A stretch of DNA of 64,000 nt. Source: Rebecca billardiae RCC1528 (taxonomy: Eukaryota; Protista; Haptophyta). Positions 1-9,405 of the stretch are shown here, in pieces. The stretch spans positions 1,364,001-1,428,000 of the forward strand of contig OZ251223.1 in the NCBI GenBank assembly GCA_965240325.2. The letters are read 5' to 3'. The stretch's first letter is position 1; every line of letters begins with the position of its first letter. Under the pieces are notes generated by a model. The model did no database searches, was not told the DNA's origin, and saw only the letters and a program-made list of their open reading frames with translations. The translations under genes and the position numbers were made by a program.

Positions 1-710
1 AGCAGGGTGGTGCAAATGGGCAGACCAGCCTGGGCGTGTGCTACGAACGAGGCGAGGGCGTGCCGCAGGATATGGCCGAGGCGGTGCGCTTGTACCGGCT
101 GGCTGCCGAGCAGGGCGATGCAGCTGCGCAGAACAACCTGGGCTGGTGCTACGATCGAGGCGAGGGCGTGCCGCAGGATATGGCCGAGGCGGTGCGCTTG
201 TACCGGCTGGCGGCCGAGCAGGGCGATGCACGTGCGCAGACCAACCTGGGCGTGTGCTACGAACACGGCAAGGGCGTGCCGCAGGATACGGCCGAGGCGG
301 TGCGCTGGTACCAACTGGCCATCGACGGCGGCGAGTCAGAAGCCCACTTGGCATTGGCGCGCCTGCTGCTTGCAGGCGGGGCCGAGCAGCGCGACGTGGC
401 GGAGGCAGTGCGGCTGCTGCGCCGCGGGCACGAGCTTGACGGCTCCGTGGTGGATCCGAGCGAGGTGCTCGGCGACTATGCCGGAGATCGCGAGGTGGCC
501 GCTGCGTGCTGCATGGTGTGCGCCAAGTCGGGCCGTGGCGTGAAGAAGTGCGAGCGGTGCCTCGTGGCGGTGTTCTGCTGCCGCGAGCACCTGCGGAGCA
601 CGTGGACATTGCACAAGCCACACTGCACGGAGTGGCGCGCCGCGGCGGTGGTGACGACCGCTGCCAATCAGGCTGAGACTGATGCTGTCGACGATGACGA
701 CTGCTCATGA
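1..710 (+). CDS. Sel1-like repeat protein with C-terminal MYND-type zinc finger, copy 1 (5'-truncated by window edge)
   Basis: Frame is open from the window start. 36-aa Sel1 repeats (AQxNLGxCYxxGxGVPQDxAEAVRxYRLAAEQG) are followed by CxxC..CxxC..FCCREH..W..HKxxC. The C-terminal part is nearly identical to the downstream copy. Confidence 0.9.
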   Translation, partial: QGGANGQTSLGVCYERGEGVPQDMAEAVRLYRLAAEQGDAAAQNNLGWCYDRGEGVPQDMAEAVRLYRLAAEQGDARAQTNLGVCYEHGKGVPQDTAEAVRWYQLAIDGGESEAHLALARLLLAGGAEQRDVAEAVRLLRRGHELDGSVVDPSEVLGDYAGDREVAAACCMVCAKSGRGVKKCERCLVAVFCCREHLRSTWTLHKPHCTEWRAAAVVTTAANQAETDAVDDDDCS

Positions 711-879
711 TGCTCATGATGCTGATGAGACTCCACTGCCAGGAGTCGTAGTAGTTAGTACGTATCCATCTACTAGACAAGATGATATGTTCAATGTACC
801 GGTACTGCATGCTCGTCTCCCCAATGGGGTTCAACCGTCATTCACAGTTCACACACGTTCAACGTGGGTCACTGCCACG

Positions 880-2541
880 ATGGCGGGCGACGATGCCGGG
901 GTGCGCATGCTCCGGCGCAGGGCGGGGCGGGGCGACGCGCGTGCGACCTTCCTGCTGGCGAAGCGCACCGAATCGGGCGACGGCGTCGCGCGGGACGTCG
1001 ACGAGGCGCATCGCCTCTATGCCATCGCAGCGAATCGCGGGTTTGCGCAAGCGCAGCAACGCTTGGGCGAGATCCAGTTCCACGCAGCCAATTGGGCGGA
1101 GGCGGTGCGCTGGTTCCGGCTGGCGGCCGAGCAGGGCGATGCAGTTGCACAGTCCAACCTGGGCGCGTGCTACCATCTAGGCGAGGGCGTGCAGCAGGAT
1201 ATGGCCGAGGCGCTGCGCTGGTTCCGGCTGGCGGCCGAGCAGGGCTTCGCAGCTGCGCGTTACAACCTGGGAAGGTGCTACGAAGAAGGTAAGGGCGTGC
1301 TGCAGGATATGGCCGAGGCGCTGCGCTTGTACCGGCTGGCGGCAGAGCAGGGCGATGCAGATGCACAGATCAACATGGCCGTGTGCTACAAACAAGGCAA
1401 GGGCGTGCCGCAGGATACGGCCGAGGCGGTGCGCTGGTACCGGCTGGCGGCCGAGCAGGGCAATGGAGCTGCGCAGAGCAACCTGGGCTGGTTCTACGAC
1501 CGAGGCGAGGGCGTGCCGCAGGACTGGGCCGAGGCGGTGCGCTGGTACCGGCGGGCGGCAGAGCAGGGCGATGCAGAAGCGCAGAACAACCTGGGCGTGT
1601 GCTACAAACGAGGCGAGGGCGTGCAGCAGGGTATGGCCGAGGCGGCGCGTTGGTTCCGGCTGGCTGCCGAGCAGGGCAAGGCAGTTGCACAGTACAGCCT
1701 GGGCCGGTGCTACGAAGACGGCAAGGGCGTACAGCAGGATGTGGCCGAGGCGGTGCGCTGGTACCGGCTGGCGGCAGAGCAGGGCGATGCACAAGCGCAG
1801 TACAACCTGGGCGTGCGCTACGCACAAGGCGAGGGCGTGCCGCAGGATATGGCCGAGGCGGTGCGCTGGTACCGGCTGGCTGCCGAGCAGGGCACTGCAG
1901 CTGCGCAGAACAACCTGGGCTACTGCTACGCACTAGGCGAGGGCGTGCAGCAGGACTGGGCCGAGGCGGTGCGCTGGTACCGGCAGGCGGCCGAGCAGGG
2001 CAGTGCACTCTCGCAGTACGTCCTGGGCGCGTGCTACGAACAAGGCAAGGGCGTGCCGCAGGACATGGCCGAGGCGGTGCGCTTGTATCGACTGGCCATC
2101 GACGGCGGCGACCCAGAAGCCCATTCGGCATTGGCGCGCCTGCTGCTTGCAGGCGGGGCCGTGCAGCGGGACGTGGCGGAGGGAGTGCGGCTGCTGCGCC
2201 GTGGGCACGAGCTTGACGGCTCCGTGGTGGATCCGAGCAAGGTGCTCGGCGACTATGCCGGAGATCGCGAGGTGGCCACTGCGTGCTGCATGGTGTGCGC
2301 CAAGTCGGGCCGTGGCGTGAAGAAGTGCGAGCGGTGCCTCGTGGCGGTCTTCTGCTGCCGCGAGCACCTGCGGAGCACGTGGGAAATGCACAAGCCGCAC
2401 TGCACGGAGTGGCGCGCCGCGGCGGTGGTGACGACCGCTGCCAATCAGGCTGAGACTGATGCTGTCGACGATGACGACTGCTCATGCTGCTCACGTGATG
2501 CGGCTGATAATGAGACTCCACTGAGGCCAGGACGGATTTAA
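880..2541 (+). CDS. Sel1-like repeat protein with C-terminal MYND-type zinc finger, copy 2
   Basis: Likely ATG at 880 within ORF 682..2541. Nine 108-bp Sel1 repeats (about 1138-2109), degenerate capping repeats and a MYND motif CMVC..CERC..FCCREH..HKPHC. Confidence 0.9.
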   Translation: MAGDDAGVRMLRRRAGRGDARATFLLAKRTESGDGVARDVDEAHRLYAIAANRGFAQAQQRLGEIQFHAANWAEAVRWFRLAAEQGDAVAQSNLGACYHLGEGVQQDMAEALRWFRLAAEQGFAAARYNLGRCYEEGKGVLQDMAEALRLYRLAAEQGDADAQINMAVCYKQGKGVPQDTAEAVRWYRLAAEQGNGAAQSNLGWFYDRGEGVPQDWAEAVRWYRRAAEQGDAEAQNNLGVCYKRGEGVQQGMAEAARWFRLAAEQGKAVAQYSLGRCYEDGKGVQQDVAEAVRWYRLAAEQGDAQAQYNLGVRYAQGEGVPQDMAEAVRWYRLAAEQGTAAAQNNLGYCYALGEGVQQDWAEAVRWYRQAAEQGSALSQYVLGACYEQGKGVPQDMAEAVRLYRLAIDGGDPEAHSALARLLLAGGAVQRDVAEGVRLLRRGHELDGSVVDPSKVLGDYAGDREVATACCMVCAKSGRGVKKCERCLVAVFCCREHLRSTWEMHKPHCTEWRAAAVVTTAANQAETDAVDDDDCSCCSRDAADNETPLRPGRI

Positions 2542-2819
2542 TCGTAGTAGTACGAGTTCCGCGCGCGCCGTAGGCTTCTCACCTGACTACTCACCGTACT
2601 CGTCACTTTCAGACTATGTGATGCGGTGTCAGTGAGTACTCACTACTCAGTCATCACCAGTCGTCACCAGTCAGTGGCCAGTGTAGTGATGAGCGAGATT
2701 CTAAGACTACGGGTGTCCCACGACGGACTCAGAGTCACAGAGAGACGAGAGAGTGAGACTGAGAGAGCAGCACTCAGCAGTATAGTGATAGTCGGCTAGC
2801 AGTAGTATACCGCTAGTAC

Positions 2820-2932
<113 letters not shown>

Positions 2933-3215
2933 GTACGCCGCATATTGACCTGGGGCTGGAGGCTTGACTAGCCGTGTCACTCTCACTCAGATATCGCGGG
3001 ACAGTACACGGTTGAGCGGCCCGAACGGTGATGGGGCCGCGCGGCACGCGCGGTGTGTTTCAGATCACTATATATATATACATTGTGTCACGTGCGCATG
3101 AGCACTGCCGACGCTGGCACTCAGTGGCAGGGGCACCATGACTAGGTCTAGGAGGCATACAGCTTGACGTAATTTAACCGTCGACGCGGTGGCGCGTCGG
3201 CACGAGTGGCGGTCC

Positions 3216-4517
3216 TCAGTCCCATTGCAGCGCCACATCCGGCGCCCGCCACGGCGCCAGCTCCGGCTCCGTGTCTTCCCTCGGCGGCGGCGGCAGCTCG
3301 GAGAGGTTCGGGATCGCGCCCTTGGAGCCCGACAGCGCCTCGAGCTTGATCGTGCCGCGGAATGTCGAGCCGTGCGCGGCGCGGCTCACTGCGCGGTGGC
3401 GCGACGGCGCGCGCGCGGCGCGGGGCGGGCGTCAGGCGCGCGATCGGGGCGCCGGGCTGCCGCGCTGCGGCGCCGCGCGGCGTGCACCCCCCTCGGCCAC
3501 GCACGCGCGCGCGCACGCACCGGCGGTGGGCAGCACCTCGCACGCCGGCGGCGCCTTGAACTCCATGCTGAATGCGTGGTCCATGTCTGCCGCCAGGTTG
3601 TGGTACCGCTGCTTGAGCACGGCGAAGGCGTCGCGCTGCTCGCGCGACAGGGCGACGCGGTAGCCGTGGCACCGCTGCACCAGGTTCTCCATCTCCGCCC
3701 GCTGCGCGCTCGCCAGCCGCTGCCGCTCCTGCTCGAAGCGGCTCTCCAGCGCGCGGTCGAACGCACGTTGCTCGCTGCGAGCGCGCGTGACGCGCGCGCG
3801 CACGCGCGGCGCGCGGGCGCGTGCGCGTGAGCGCGCGGGGGTGGGCGCGCGCGCGCGCGCGCGCGCAGGCGCGCGCTCGACCGGCACCGACGCGGCGGCG
3901 CGCACCGCCGCTTCAGCTGGTCCGTCCGCTTCTTCACCGCGATCGCCTCGTCGAAGCGCTCGCCGAGCGCAAGCTGCCGCTCGGTGAGAGAGAAAGCCAA
4001 GAGGCCCTTCGACATGCGGTAGTGCGAGGCGGCGCGGCGCTTGGCGATGGAGGTCTCGAGCTCCTCGCGCGCGAAGTGCTGCACCTCCTCCAGCACACGC
4101 ACGCGCTCCCCGTTCTCCGCGTCGATCTCCGCCGCCTTTGCCGCCCACAGCTTCTCGAAGCGCTCGCGCTCAATCTGCCAGCCGCGGTCGAGCCTCGTGC
4201 GCTCCTTGTGCTGCCGGCCGAGCTCGCGGTCGACGCGCTCCTGCTGCATCGCGGCATCGGCGGCGATCCGCGCCGTCTTCGCCATGTCAGACGCGTGGTA
4301 CTCCCCCGCCTCAAGCTGCTGCATCTGCTCGGCACGCAGATGGTCGCTGATAGGCGCCGCGCGCGCGCACAGAGCGCGCGACGGGCGTGAGCGCGCGCTC
4401 GGCGGGTCGGCGGGCGGGGCAACGCAGGGTTGCACGCGCGCACAGCGTGGCGAGATGCTCGGGGTTGAGAGCCCGGCTCTCGCGGCTATAGCTCGTCTTC
4501 TCCAGCGAGATCTCCAT
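3216..4517 (-). CDS. Coiled-coil protein of unknown function, 4 exons (introns about 4347-4443, 3775-3905, 3389-3520)
   Basis: GT-AG junctions join the frames continuously: MEISLEK...ATL|DHLRAEQMQQ...QLKR|EQRAFDRALESRF...LPTA|VSRAAHGSTFRGT...ALQWD*. Strong GC3 codon bias and helical E/R/K/Q-rich composition. Confidence 0.7.
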
Positions 4518-4690
4518 CGTTTCCCGCCCAAGGTCACGACCGCCACCGTCGACGTTACCGGATCTTGGAAACGGCGTGATGACTCGCCGTATATCGTTTC
4601 CTGTTACCCGCCGACGCAGCCTCCCCGCTGTGCAAGCTTTTGCCCGGTCTCGCCTCGTCCCCGGGCGACTGTTTCTCGGGCGTCGCCGAG

Positions 4691-5356
4691 ATGCTGCCAT
4701 TCGACCGCGGGTTGGTGGGGGAGCTCAAGGTGACGCAGGAGGACGTGAAACGCACCGTCGGATTCGGTCGGTACTGGCCGCGCCAGGCGCACGGGCTCAG
4801 CACCGGCGCCTGGACGTATGACGGGCTCTGGATGCCGCCGAACGCGCCCTCGCAAGCGCGCACGTATCCGTGGGGCGATAAGGGCAAGTCGACGCTCGTG
4901 CTTGGCTTCGACGAGAACACGTGGACAACGACACAGGCGGACATCTTGAAGCCGCCGCCGCCCGAAGAATTCCGCGGCGCGCGCCCTCCACCGGCCAACG
5001 CCGGCTCGTCGCGCAAGGGCGCCACATTCCTCGACCAGTCGTCGCCCTACTCGGCGCTCACCGGGTACCGCAAACCCGAGATCGCGTCGACGGAGCGCCT
5101 GGAGATTCCAGGCAAGCGCACGATGGCCGGGCGCTCCATCGCCGACGAGATCTCCGAGGCGAACGACCACGCGTGGCTGGCGAGTAAGCCCGACCCGCGC
5201 GCATCCATCTCGACGCCGATGTCTGAGGTGCGCGAGCGCTTCTGCGACCCGGCGGAGACGGAGAGAGGCGGGCCCGACCCGAATGCGCAAGCCCGTTTCC
5301 TAGATGCAGTCGGCGTGTTCAAGTCGACCGGCAGCATCGGACCGCCTGAGTGGTGA
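4691..5356 (+). CDS. Hypothetical protein (MLPFDRGLVGELKV...)
   Basis: ATG at 4691 in ORF 4640..5356 with coding-like codon usage and complex composition. Divergent from the gene starting at 4517. Confidence 0.65.
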   Translation: MLPFDRGLVGELKVTQEDVKRTVGFGRYWPRQAHGLSTGAWTYDGLWMPPNAPSQARTYPWGDKGKSTLVLGFDENTWTTTQADILKPPPPEEFRGARPPPANAGSSRKGATFLDQSSPYSALTGYRKPEIASTERLEIPGKRTMAGRSIADEISEANDHAWLASKPDPRASISTPMSEVRERFCDPAETERGGPDPNAQARFLDAVGVFKSTGSIGPPEW

Positions 5357-6664
5357 GTGCGCCGTGCGCGCGTGAACTCCTGCCAGAAGCAAGTACGGGC
5401 CCGCCTGGCGCTCCTGGCTCCTTCTTGCTGGCGCGCGCTCGTCTGACACAGACTGATGGATGGAGCCGGTGCGGGCAGCGTGCGCGGTGCACGCGCGGTA
5501 ACAGTGAGTGTTTCGCCGGCACCGGAACTCGGACGACGTGGGGCTTCCAAGCGCTGGCACATTCATCGCGTGTCGTATCAGTTACTCTGGCAAGGCCTCC
5601 GTGCCACTGTCTCCGTGGTCGAGTACTCGAGAGTCGAGTTCGGACGCGGACGTTCAGATAGACGTTAACGTAAACGTTTATAGGGTCCGAGACAGTCAGA
5701 TGAACGCCCGTGAAACTTGTGACTTATATAGTTGTCGCTGATGAGTGACGATGCCGATGGCACTTCGGGTGATGCGGTCAGCCCCGGTCCGCGTCCTCTG
5801 CGCGGGCCGCACTGTCCGTGAGGCGGGACGAGTCTCACTCTCAATCAAGATTACTTACCGGACGACCCGCGCTGCCGACAGCGCCGTGACAAAGTTCTGC
5901 TGGCCGGGAAGCCTACTCTCCGACAGTCGACCTCCGGACACCGAGTGTGTCCCGGCGGCCCCGGACGGGACTGGTTTATTCCAATAATGAATACATATTG
6001 TGACAGCCGGAACTCGTACGGCCGGTCCAGCTGCGCCCTCGTGCCTGTGTCTTTAAATCATAGAATTGGTCCGGGACCGCCCGGCCCCGGACTCCGCGCG
6101 GCACGGACCGCGCGCGACCGACGCGGACCACGCCGACGCCGTGCACCCGGCGCGGCCCGGCGGGGTCTGACTGAGTGTCAACTGTCACAGTCGTCCGGCA
6201 GAATTTCAGTGAGTCTACATACAGTGTGAGTGAGTCGGAGCGCGCCGTCGCAGAGTTGCCTGACAATACTGCGAGTCTGGCTGATTTAAATTAGCCGCCG
6301 CCACCGGGATACATACTGACGTATACGTTTAGTACTACTAGTAGTGTCAGATGGGGCGGTTTACAGGTCCTACTGTACTTCTGGAGGATGGTGTCTCAGC
6401 TGGGCCTGGCATTTCTGGTCTCGCACGTCCTGGTCCTGCACGCCCTGGTCCTGGCGGTAGCCTCCCTGAGACCGGCCAGAAACTGTTTCACGATTCTGAG
6501 ATTTTGAGCCGACACTTGATCGTTTAGATGAACTGTGATCCGGACCCTGGCTCATGGCTGAGCAAGTCAGCATGCGGGAAGATGTATTGGCCCAGAAGCC
6601 TTCAATACGGGAGCCCCTCAACCGCACGGCGGTGCAATAGTGCGTGTTGGCCGCATGCTGTGAC

Positions 6665-6931
6665 TTATACCGACCGTGCTCCCGCCGGGAAACCAATTTC
6701 ATGCGTGCTGACGGCGCCATCATGCGCAGCCTCAATCTTCTCAGCAAATGTCCGAGCCTCGAGCGAGGAAATCTCGGCACGCATGCGCTGAGCGCGCGCC
6801 CTCGCCTGCTCTAGATAGGGGTTATGGTCGTTGGACAAAGGACCGACCCGTGATGAGGCCGACGCGGCGTACAACAGCCCGCCCACCGCGACAATCCCGA
6901 CGCCCGTCAAGATCGCGCGTCGGGTCGCCAT
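6665..6931 (-). CDS. Small protein with N-terminal transmembrane segment; 3' end uncertain, possibly spliced
   Basis: MATRRAILTGVGIVAVGGLLYAA hydrophobic helix followed by a helical segment. Confidence 0.4.
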   Translation of the reverse strand: MATRRAILTGVGIVAVGGLLYAASASSRVGPLSNDHNPYLEQARARAQRMRAEISSLEARTFAEKIEAAHDGAVSTHEIGFPAGARSV

Positions 6932-7497
6932 TGCCAAAGCTGGTCAGGAGGGTGGCCATGGTCCGGAATAGATCCCGGTGTGCCCGGACAGAGGTATGGA
7001 GTTGTACGGTTGTGTTCGACGACTGTTCGCGCGCGCACGCCGCGCGGGTGAAAAGGTGAAAGGTTGCTCAGTAGTATTCATCGTTACCAGGATTTTTCCA
7101 AATCAGGCCCTGAAAGTCACTGATTCATGAACGCACAACCGGGCCTGATTTGTATTGGCCGTATTCGGAGTCCGCGCGCAAGGGACCGTCTCAGTCCCTA
7201 TCAATCATACACCCCAAGCTTTTTAAACGGTATCATGCACGAATGAGAATGCTACCCCTGTACTAGTAGTTCTGCATTGCTACCTGTGATGACCAATTCA
7301 AGCAAGTCTAACCAGTAACCACCGGTTGTTTCAGAACCAATGTTACCCGCAACCAAGCGCTGAGCCGCTGAGCCGTCACGTGCCTGTTCAGATAGCTCAA
7401 GTCCACGAACCATTCGACATTCGTGATTTCACGGTGCTGCGTGCTGTGAGCAATCACGACGCCGGTGCCGACGCGCGCGGAACCACCGCGCCACTCG

Positions 7498-8715
7498 ATG
7501 ACGGGGGTGCCCCAAGCGCGCGTGCACGACTCGACCCTGGCAAAGATCTCGAGCATGCAGCCTTCGCACCCGCCTGCAGCGCACGAGCTCCCTGCGTACA
7601 AGCAGCCCGCGTCTGCGCTCAGCCACGGCGCTGAGCAGTACAAGGTGAAGGGCGAGGATGCCATGCTGATCCGCACGCTCGAGCTCGCGGACGGCCGTGC
7701 GACGCGGCTGTACGCCGTCTTCGACGGCCACGGCGGCCCGCTCGCGGCGCGCTACTGCGCCGAGCACATGGCCGCCGAGCTCACAAAGGCGTACAAGGCG
7801 TCGTCGGCGTCGCTCGGCCACTCGGCGCGCGTCGAGCGGGCGTGCCGCGACGCCTTCGTGCGCCTGGACAAGGCGTTCGTGGAGTCGAAGAAAGGCACGG
7901 ACGGCACGACAGCCACCGTGGCGCTCGTCGACGCCGACACCATTGTCGTCGCCAACGTTGGCGACTCGAATGCGCGGTTGCTCGTCTCGGGCGAGCCGGC
8001 GGTGCTGGCGTCCGAGGATCATCGGCTCGACAAGCGCACCGCGTCGGAGGAGAAGCGCGTGCGGAGCTCGGGCTCGGAGATCGGGCGGCTTCGCGGGAAG
8101 GACGGCAAGCCCCAGGGCCCCGAGCGCATGTTCCCCGGCGCCCTGTGCGTCTCGCGCTCGATCGGCGACTCGGACGCGGGCAAGGCGGCGATTGCCGAGC
8201 CCGCCGTGCGCACCTTCCCGCTCCCGGCGCAGGGCGGCACGCTGCTCATCGCGAGCGACGGCGTGTGGGATTTCGTGGAGCTCGCGCTGGTCGATCGTGT
8301 CACCGAGCTGTCGCGCGGGCCGACGCTCGGCGCGCCGTGGCTCGCCAAGCAGCTCATGCGCAGCGTGATGCAGTCCAACCAGCGCGGGGACGATGCGACG
8401 CTCATTGCTGTCCACCTCGCGCCGAGCGGCGGCGCGGCGGCGACGCCGCAGCGCCCGGCCTCTGCCTCGCCGAGCAAGGGCTTCTTCGGGCTCGGCGGCT
8501 TGTTCGGCGGTGGTGGCAACGCCGCTAGCCCCGCGCGGGATCCCCCACGGGCGGCAGATGCGGAGCGCTCGAAGAGCCTCTCGCTGTCGGGCAGGTCGAT
8601 GACGTCGGGTCCGACGACGCCCGGCACGAAGCCATCACTCGCAGCCGCGAGGCCCGGCGCGCGGTCGAAGAGCTGGTCGCTGACGATGGGACAAAGCAAG
8701 GGCGCGCGCACGTGA
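7498..8715 (+). CDS. Protein phosphatase 2C (PPM family)
   Basis: Motifs GED, AVFDGHGG, DGTTA, ANVGDS, SRSIGD, ASDGVWD, DDAT. Start codon uncertain. Confidence 0.93.
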   Translation: MTGVPQARVHDSTLAKISSMQPSHPPAAHELPAYKQPASALSHGAEQYKVKGEDAMLIRTLELADGRATRLYAVFDGHGGPLAARYCAEHMAAELTKAYKASSASLGHSARVERACRDAFVRLDKAFVESKKGTDGTTATVALVDADTIVVANVGDSNARLLVSGEPAVLASEDHRLDKRTASEEKRVRSSGSEIGRLRGKDGKPQGPERMFPGALCVSRSIGDSDAGKAAIAEPAVRTFPLPAQGGTLLIASDGVWDFVELALVDRVTELSRGPTLGAPWLAKQLMRSVMQSNQRGDDATLIAVHLAPSGGAAATPQRPASASPSKGFFGLGGLFGGGGNAASPARDPPRAADAERSKSLSLSGRSMTSGPTTPGTKPSLAAARPGARSKSWSLTMGQSKGART

Positions 8716-9405
8716 TTTACGGGATCAGTCAGGCTCGCTCAGCGGCAGCATGGATCACGGATATTGGCCGAAACGTAGCCACTGTAAGAATACTGGCGTC
8801 TGGCTGTGCCTTCATGCGGAGCACGCGGGTAAGCCCCTACGGTGTTATAATTGACTGTACTACTAGTACTAGTGTCTAGTATCGGTAGAATCAGTGTGAT
8901 CAGTTAAATCGGAGTCAGATAACACTGATTCGCCTTCGGTCTGATAGTGATAACTACGGCGGTCCGAGACACTCCGAGCCGTACGCGCCCGCGCCGCCGC
9001 GGCGCCCGCGGTCCGGCCTCCGGGCTCGCCGCTCGGGCGTCCGAGTTAATAATAATCCGACTTTTAAATTTAAATCAAGCAGCCGTGAGCCTGAACAGTG
9101 AACGGGCATAATTCTGCGCCGGGCCGCCACTGTCGCAGACGCAGTCGGTCCGTGTCTGTCGCTCGGGACAATCCGCGCGACACGGCCTGTAAGTGTAACA
9201 TGCTTAGGGCCGACTGTGACACTAATGGCCGGCAGTCTCAGTCTGGCAGTGGCGTTACCGGCTGCGTCGCGGGCCGGGCCCGGGCCCCGGGTCGGCCGGC
9301 CGCCCGGGGCCCGCGCCTGCGGGCGCTGCCGGCCTGGCGTAATCGCCATCGGCCGACTCGGATGGCGATGGCCCCTCACTGGTTCCCGCCCTGACAAGTG
9401 ACATT

